Positions 57,101 through 64,000 of a DNA stretch of 64,000 bases are shown in pieces. Position numbers and translations under genes: made by a program. Every line of letters begins with the position of its first letter. Within the stretch, counting starts at the first letter, position 1. The stretch spans positions 124,001 through 188,000 of the forward strand of contig NIVC01002245.1 in NCBI GenBank assembly GCA_002269645.1, in the 5' to 3' direction. Source of the stretch: Macrostomum lignano. Lineage: Eukaryota. Under the pieces are notes generated by a model. It ran no database searches, was not told the DNA's origin, and was given only the letters and a program-made list of their open reading frames with translations.

Positions 57101-60093
57101 CTGCCCTTCTGCCCGGAGTCGCCCAGGTTTCTCTTCATGAACAAGGGCCGCATTGAGGACGCCAAGAAGGCCTTGGAGCGGCTATACCCGGGCGATAATC
57201 CCGAGGATTACATCGAGGAGATGCGCCAGGAGATGCAGGGCACCTGCTCCGCTGGCGAGTGCGCTGTCAAGGACGACGCTGACGACGTCCCCATGGCTGC
57301 GGCGGCTCCGGCCAAGAAGTTCCACTTTGTCCAGCTGTTCACCCAGGCTGACCTGCGCATGCCAGTCGCCATCGCCGTGGGAATCCAGATCATGCAGCAG
57401 CTGAGCGGCATCAATGCTGTGAGCAGCCACTCATGAAATGATTTATTAATGCCAATGGGAAACTCTTGTACCGAGGAGTTCCAACCAAGGACCCCTGGGG
57501 ACCTGTCAGGGACAATGTCGACTAAATGAGACACGATGCGAATTCTCTGGAACATTGCTATTTCCCAGAGAACCCTGACTTGAGGGTCGGTTGAAGGACA
57601 AAACTGTCGTCGTAAATAGGTCAATTAAGGAAATCGGACCGACCTGAGAGTCAATTTATTTATTGGGCTTAGCAGAGAAGCAGCACGCGCCATCCGTGAA
57701 GAATTCCTCCATCAAAGGGATTCGAGACTCGCCCTGAGCCCGTCAGAACTGCAGTTTGCTGCTCCAGGGTTTGGACAGTCGTGAGGCCAGCTGTGCCAAT
57801 CAAATCCTCCTTTTTTACCTGCGCTAAATTATTTGTCCATTAGAGTTGCCAAGGCAACCCAAAAGCTGCTGACGTCAGACGGGCGGCCCTCATTAGCGGG
57901 GTCCGGTTGGCTGGACCAGCTGCTAGTCTTCAAATAGAAGACCAGCCCAGCACCGCAATGCTTTCCCAATGCAATCTTCAGTTTTGGCGCCCCGCGAACT
58001 GTCCGTCAGCTGAATGCTTTGACTGACTTCCCCCCCCCCGGCTGCTAGCAGCTTTGGGGAATTGGTGAATAGTTTCCGCTGCTATTTCTGGAGCTGGCAC
58101 TTTTACTGCATGCATGCTGACGAAATCTGTGCACACAATCGTAGAGATTTGCGAGGTAGAAAAAATCACCCCCCTGGCCGAAGCAGATCCGGCCGCCAGC
58201 AGCTGTCTCAGCAGCTGTCGCCCCGAGCAAAACTGTTGGTCTCTCTCGGTTGGCTCCGGACTAAATGGCAGACAGTAGGTAGAAACGGACTTTTTCGTAA
58301 TCAATTAAGACATGATGAAGCACCTGGCTGGCTGACGTCAATTAGGCGTCTGACCAGTTTGAACTGCTCCCAGCGGGGGTGTCTAAGAGCGTGACAAGTT
58401 CTCAGGCCCGCTAGCTTAAGACAATAATGAGCAGTAAACTGCCTGCTTAATGAGCACCGACGATGTGCGCTCAGATAATTAAATGGCTGTCAGGTGACCA
58501 GACTGCCGCTAGACTCCCCGCTGGCAGCTGAAACAGACGGACAGCTTGAGCAGGCTCTGTCACCTGCTCACCCTTAGCCATCGATTGATGGGGGCGTGGC
58601 TCTCAGCCTCCTTCTGTTGCGTGCACTTTTCTATTGCAAAGCTGCGCCCCACTGAGAGGGAACCTCGTCCTCACCGAGGCCGTGTTGTTGCCGTCTGTTT
58701 GGGGAGCGGGGCAGAGGCGGGGGCGGGGGCTACGTGGGTGGAGCTTTGAGGATTTCTTAGCCTGGGGGATTGAGGCTAGAGTGGATGGTTTCCATGACAA
58801 CGGCAACACAGAGGTTGGGGAACAAGCTGCAAGGGAGAGCAGGGAGGGAAGGCGCTGCTTTGCCCTCCCAGTCACTAACACTCTCGCACTCATTCCGCAC
58901 CCCGGCATGCCCTGAGTCTATTGAAATCCCCTGCTGAATTTGAGCCCCCCTCCCCCAGTCCCCTAGCAGCTGCGGCCCTGAGCTGTATCTCGCATTGACT
59001 AAACCCTAGAGCACTGCATGGCAACTGCCGCATCTCTCTCAAGTTTTTTACTACCTCCAGTAAACTGCCCCACTCCGCAGTGCATTGTCAGCGCAGTTTA
59101 GACGCTTTAGTCTTGTTGTAGTCAAGGCAGCGGGTCTGTGTTCTGGCCTCCCTATTGCCCGACTGCAGACAAGGAGTCTACCCCCCCCCTCCGGGAACCG
59201 AGGGTGAACTATTATTCTCTCCAATTTCTCTCGATCCGGAGCGTTCTGGAAAACTCCCGCGCTCAATGCAACCATAAATGCATAATTAATCAAATGCTAA
59301 TTCCCCGTGTACTGGGGCCCGAATCGGATATGGAACCCGGATCTAAACAGGGTCAAGACTTGCACCTGTCGCAACCTCCCGCTTCGGCCCGCAGGTAATG
59401 AGCTACTCCTCAACCATGATGGAGACCTCCGGCATCCATAGCGACTACGTGCCCTACGTGAACCTCGGCTTCAGCTTCTTCAACGTTGTGTGCACCGTGG
59501 CCTCGCTGCCCCTGCTGGAGAAATTCGGCCGCAGGACCCTCCTGCTGGTGCCGTCCGCAATCCTGGCAGTCAGCCTGGTGGTCCTCTGCGCCAGCGCCGT
59601 GGTCGTCTCGGAGACTCAATCACCCGACGTCAAGCGCATCGTCTCCATCGTCTTCATGGGGTTCATCTTCGTGTACATCGCGGGCTTCGCCTTCGGCCTG
59701 GGCACCATACCCGGCTTCATCGTTGCCGAGGTCTTCCGTCAGGAGCCGCGGAGCGCCGCCTACTCGCTTAGCCAGGGCGTCCAGTGGATCTCCAACCTGA
59801 TCGTGTCCACCACTTTCGTCAACCTGAACTTGGCCATCCAGGGCTACGTGTTCCTCATCTACCTGAGCGTGGTCGTGCCCTTCTGGATCTTCTTCTTCGT
59901 CTGCATGCCGGAGACGAAGAACCGCAGCTTTGATGACATCGCCAACGACCTGGCCTTTACCCGGCTGTGCCGCGGCGCCAACGACGCCCAGGTGATCGAG
60001 GACGGCGGGCCGGACGCCAAGCCGATGTCGTCAAACATGTCGCTGCTGAAGGCTGACCGCATCGAGAAGAAGCAGCAGGACACGGTGGCCTGA
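54169..60093 (+). CDS. Facilitated hexose transporter, SLC2A/GLUT family (562 aa); exons 54169-54183, 54263-54358, 54840-55063, 56395-56519, 56889-57418, 59395-60093
   Basis: GT-AG introns and phases sum to 1689 nt. Motifs YGYNISVFNGP, FGRR, GRAFIG, YLTEIAP...RGAIG, PESPRF, QQLSGINAV, EKFGRRTL and PETK. Confidence 0.93.
54445..54770. repeat. 31-bp minisatellite in GLUT intron 2
   Basis: Unit GCCCCAGTGAGAATCTCACCCAAAGAAATCC, about 10 copies. Confidence 0.9.
55120..55440 (+). mobile_element. SINE body in GLUT intron 3
   Basis: Reverse complement of the 39930-40250 block. Confidence 0.65.
56245..56380. repeat. ~36-bp repeat, about 4 copies, abutting the GLUT exon 4 acceptor
   Basis: GTGCCACACCCTCCCC..TGTACCAGACTACATGC. 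Confidence 0.8.
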
Positions 60094-62677
60094 GCAGTCT
60101 CTGGCCGAGAATTTTTAAGTAGAGATAGCGAACTGTCTACCGCCGCTGTTTTTATCCACAGTCTTGCCTCCTTCTGTTACATCTCGACCGCGCCGGCTGT
60201 CTCCGGAGAGATGAATTCGGAAGACTGGTCGGCGAAATACCACAGAAATTTTACTGGCATGACTGGCTATAAGACACATTTCGCTAAACAATACATATAG
60301 CTTACTGAATAGCGGATGCCTGTGCCTCTGTAGCATCATAGCAATCACAGAATTTTTGGGTAAGGCTGTTTATTTTAGTTTTAGGTCACACTGCCGCGCT
60401 TCGTGTTGTACTTACTTTAGTGCTCTGTAAGCTCGTTCGTCCGCTTCATACTTCTTGTAGCTCGTATGCCTCTGTTAACTACAGAACAGTCTCAATCTCA
60501 ATGCGACTCAATGCAAGCGCGGTAACAGATAACTATATACATATGCCTAACATTTACCTCTTTTTAGTTGATTTTGGTTTCCCAGCTGCTCGCCGATTTG
60601 CTCATGTACATAATGCGCATCTGTTTCGAATCTGTGAAGGGCGCCTAAGCTACTATTTTTATTCTAACAAATCCACACGCACCTGTAATTAATGCATCGA
60701 CTCGAGCGGTGTATTCGGTCAGCAACTCAATTTTATGGGTTTCAGGATTGTCTTAGATTAGTAACTGAAACTATTTAGGTCCAAGCACGCTGCAGAGCGA
60801 TCTCCTTGCTGTCCCCGGTTTTACCACAGAACGATTCGAGAACACATTGCCACTGCACTGCGCACTATGATGGATTTCGCTCAGCAACTGAAATATAGCT
60901 CGTACTGAGCTACACCTACACAGCACAGTACTAATCTGAGTTGTTATTTCATTTTAACTGTCCTTAGAACAAAGTATGAGAGATTACTTGACTGGCAAAT
61001 ATTGAGCACAACTGCTCAAACAGGTCATTAGACGGATTGCATCCGATGATTAGCGGGCCCTTGAGAAAGCGAAAGTTATGACGTGGAGTCCACTGATTAA
61101 TCCCTTCACTTGGCTTCCTAATGAGCTCCTCACCATCCTCATCTATGCAGCCGGCAGCCTCCCTCAGCCTCAACTGGGAAGACAGAAACTCTTTTAGCGG
61201 GAGCAGGGGAGATAGGGAACACCGACAACCTGCCAGATCTGGTTTCGGGTTCCACGCCTGAGATACCCATGAGGCAGTTTGGGCCATGTTTGCTGGGCTT
61301 GCCTAGTTTTTCTCACCGCCTCGGTGGCTTACTCAACATTTTTGTACTTTGCTGCCTGCCGATTGTTAATCCGTCTTTGTTGAGACTTGAAAACAACAAA
61401 TAGAGCAAGTTAAGAGTGTCTTCTCCTGAGTTTCTTCACATGCTTCTCTACAAAAAGAATTTTCTCCCGAGCAATTACCCATTTTATTCATACGGGCCAA
61501 TGTCTGGATCCAGGTCCGGAAACATGCAGAATTCAGTTCCGTTCTTCAAACGGTTTCTTTCTAAAAAAAATTGCGCTTATCATAACCTTCCTTCTATAGA
61601 AAGAGCCGTTCGGGGACTGGTACAATTTGAAGAGCATCGGTAAGTTGAGATAAACCAGATAAACTTTAAACCTACAGGAAATTTCAACGGGTTAGCGAGA
61701 TACGGAAGGACATTAAAAATACTTGGAAACAGCTGAACATAACAAAATTGCGTGGCAAACCCCATATTTCTTTCCCAGACTTATAGCTTGACATCCCGTT
61801 TTATTGCTTTGGCGGAGGAAAATACTAGACTTTGAGGGACCAGTCAGAGAGCCACCTGCTTTCTTTACAGTAAATTCGTAACGGTTAAAGATTGAGGCCG
61901 GTTCTTGTTATCTCTAGCATCAAGGACGTGCCTGTTCTAATATTAGAAGTTGCTCGAATATTACTCTGCATCTAATTTTATAGCTGGTCACGTGACGGGC
62001 CAAGCTCGCGCACCCCAGATCACGTGATTTCCTCTCCCCGCCGCGGATAATAGCTGTATTTAGCTTAGCTTATTACCCCAAAACGCAACTTGGCCAAACT
62101 TCCTTCAATCGTGTCTGAGCTACCTATTTTTAGGAGTTCTGAGGTCGAAAATATTTTCCTATAGGCAGAGCTAATAAAAACCTGTTCCAAATACGAGACC
62201 TTAGACAGAGATTCCAGACTGTTTACGAAGCCAAAGCCAATTGTAGTCAGCTGTGCTACTCCGAGTTGTAAACAGACTTCCACTATACCCGCAAGCGTAA
62301 AAAAATGAGAAGAAAAAGCAATGAATAGACAACACATGGAGAGGGCAGCTCAGGTCAAAATGTGCTGTCTCGGGGCCACAATGGGGCCACAAGCTGAATT
62401 TAGACGAAAAATGTGGAAAGACGCAAAAGAAAGCGGAGGGGGGGGTATAAATTTGGCGAGAGACTGGCTGGCTTTTTCACTCACAAAAGCTGCGAGTAAT
62501 GCCTAAAGAATTTCTGCCGGCTTTTGCCGGTCTTCGAGCTGCGTGAGCTCTGCGAGTCACACTCAATTTGAGCTGCAGACTCAACTCGTATTTTCAATGA
62601 AACAAGAAAACAAATTTTTACTGCTCCCACGCATTCGGATCTTTTGCTGGTTTTGGTATTTAAATTTGTCATTCTAG

Positions 62678-63050
62678 CCTGCATTTCTGTCACACTCTCG
62701 CCTGCATTTCTGTCACACTCTCGCCTGCATTTCTGTCACACTCTCGCCTGCATCTCTGTCACACTCTCGCCTGCATTTCTGTCACACTCTCGCCTGCATC
62801 TCTGTCACACTCTCGCCTGCATTTCTGTCACACTCTCGCATCACTCTCGCCTGCATTTCTGTCACACTCTCGCCTGCATTTCTGTCACACTCTCGCCTGC
62901 ATTTCTGTCACACTCTCGCCTGCATTTCTGTCACACTCTCGCCTGCATTTCTGTCACACTCTCGCCTGCATTTCTGTCACACTGTCGTCAGCATTTCTGT
63001 CACACTGTCGTCAGCATTTCTGTCACTCTCGCCTGCGTTTCTGTCACACA
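62678..63050. repeat. 23-bp minisatellite (TGCATTTCTGTCACACTCTCGCC), about 16 copies
   Basis: Read directly. Confidence 0.93.
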
Positions 63051-63730
63051 TTTCAATTTTAGACTTGCTCACAACTCTTCCATTATTGCAATCGTCTGTC
63101 ACTACTGTCAGTTTCAAGTAAGCTGTCTTAAAAAAGTGAAGTTTTAAAAGATTTGTTTAGCAAGCATCGCAGCTGCAGCAGAGTTGCAGGCACGGCGAGA
63201 GCCCAGTAATACAAGCTATTTTAGTTTAATCACGTGTTTTAGTGCGATTACCAGAGAGTATCGAGGTGAAGCCGAACTGGTGCATTTTGCTGAAGAATTC
63301 CAGCCTTTCAGCTGCACGGCAATAGAATGCAGTAGTAGCGCTGGTCACTTTGATACTATAGCCTAGTAACAGAAAACCATCGGAATGCTTAATGCACTCA
63401 CGAATAGATAGTTGCATTTTGGGGGCACATGACCTCGTAGGGTTCTCTAAGGCTCTCGCATACTCTCACTGACTGTGAAAGTTGCATGTAGGCAAAGACA
63501 CAAAATTCTTGAGGTCTAAAATATCCAATAATACGCGTTCAAACTACTGAACTCAGCGGCCACACTGCTTCAGTTGCAAAGTGCCAAACAGATTCTTAAG
63601 TCTATGGTACGAATCGCGTGCATTAAATTAGCCAGACACGTGCAAGGTGGCTGCTGACACAGAGATTGTGCACTTCGCAAGTGCATTTTGTTCAGCAAAA
63701 ACACGCGGAAGTCTCGTCAAAGCATCAGCC

Positions 63731-64000
63731 ATGCGTCCTGCATACGGCAGCAGCCGAGGCTGGGCAGCAGCGGATGACTCGGCTTCTTCGGCGACGGGCG
63801 GCCGCCAGCGAGTCCGGGTCACCGCTGCCAGTCGGCGGGCCGACAGCCCCGCGCCCGCCGCCGTCCCTGGCATCATCTTCGGCCGGCTGAACCTGGCCAA
63901 GGCTTTCCGGCCGCAGGCGGCCCAGCTGCAGCAGCGGCCGGGGACAGTGTCGGGGACAGTTGCAGGTCGACGGCCGAGCGCTGCACCGAGCGGCGACATC
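63731..64000 (+). CDS. Probable first coding exon of a gene running off the window (low-complexity N-terminus)
   Basis: CAGCCATG start, upstream acceptor-like TTTTGTTCAG, GC-rich frame MRPAYGSSRGWAAADDS...IIFGRLNLAKAFRP... open to the window end. No family recognised. Confidence 0.45.
   Translation, partial: MRPAYGSSRGWAAADDSASSATGGRQRVRVTAASRRADSPAPAAVPGIIFGRLNLAKAFRPQAAQLQQRPGTVSGTVAGRRPSAAPSGDI

Noticed and set aside
60964-62040. Degraded coding-like minus-strand stretch and two TCACGTGA palindromes
   Set aside because: Many stops and no motif I can assign. It may be an old transposon, but that cannot be supported.

Overview
Eukaryotic (animal) genomic DNA with GC-rich exons, GT-AG introns and many minisatellites. 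The style fits a free-living flatworm such as Macrostomum lignano, but this is inference only. Host genes, left to right: last exon of a ZCCHC9 orthologue; an intronless RNA Pol III subunit RPC7/POLR3G; a 7-exon three-domain gelsolin/severin-like gene; an ankyrin-repeat + cGAS-like (Mab21/cGLR) nucleotidyltransferase whose apparent frameshift is resolved by a 70-nt intron; four tandemly duplicated secreted PAN/apple + C-type lectin genes (one disrupted) with a near-invariant N-half and a variable lectin domain; a 6-exon SLC2A/GLUT sugar transporter; and a probable gene start at the right edge. Mobile DNA: a full-length 8.6-kb Ty3/gypsy LTR retrotransposon (near-identical LTRs, CTAT target-site duplication), a deleted second gypsy, a decayed P-element/THAP9-type transposase, a tyrosine-recombinase relic, a Polinton-like penton relic and a tRNA-derived SINE family. 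The standout is an intact third ORF inside the gypsy element, at the position where env usually sits. It encodes a DnaJ J-domain (HPD) fused to a chromodomain and has splice signals suited to a subgenomic mRNA. All calls are by eye; no database search was run.
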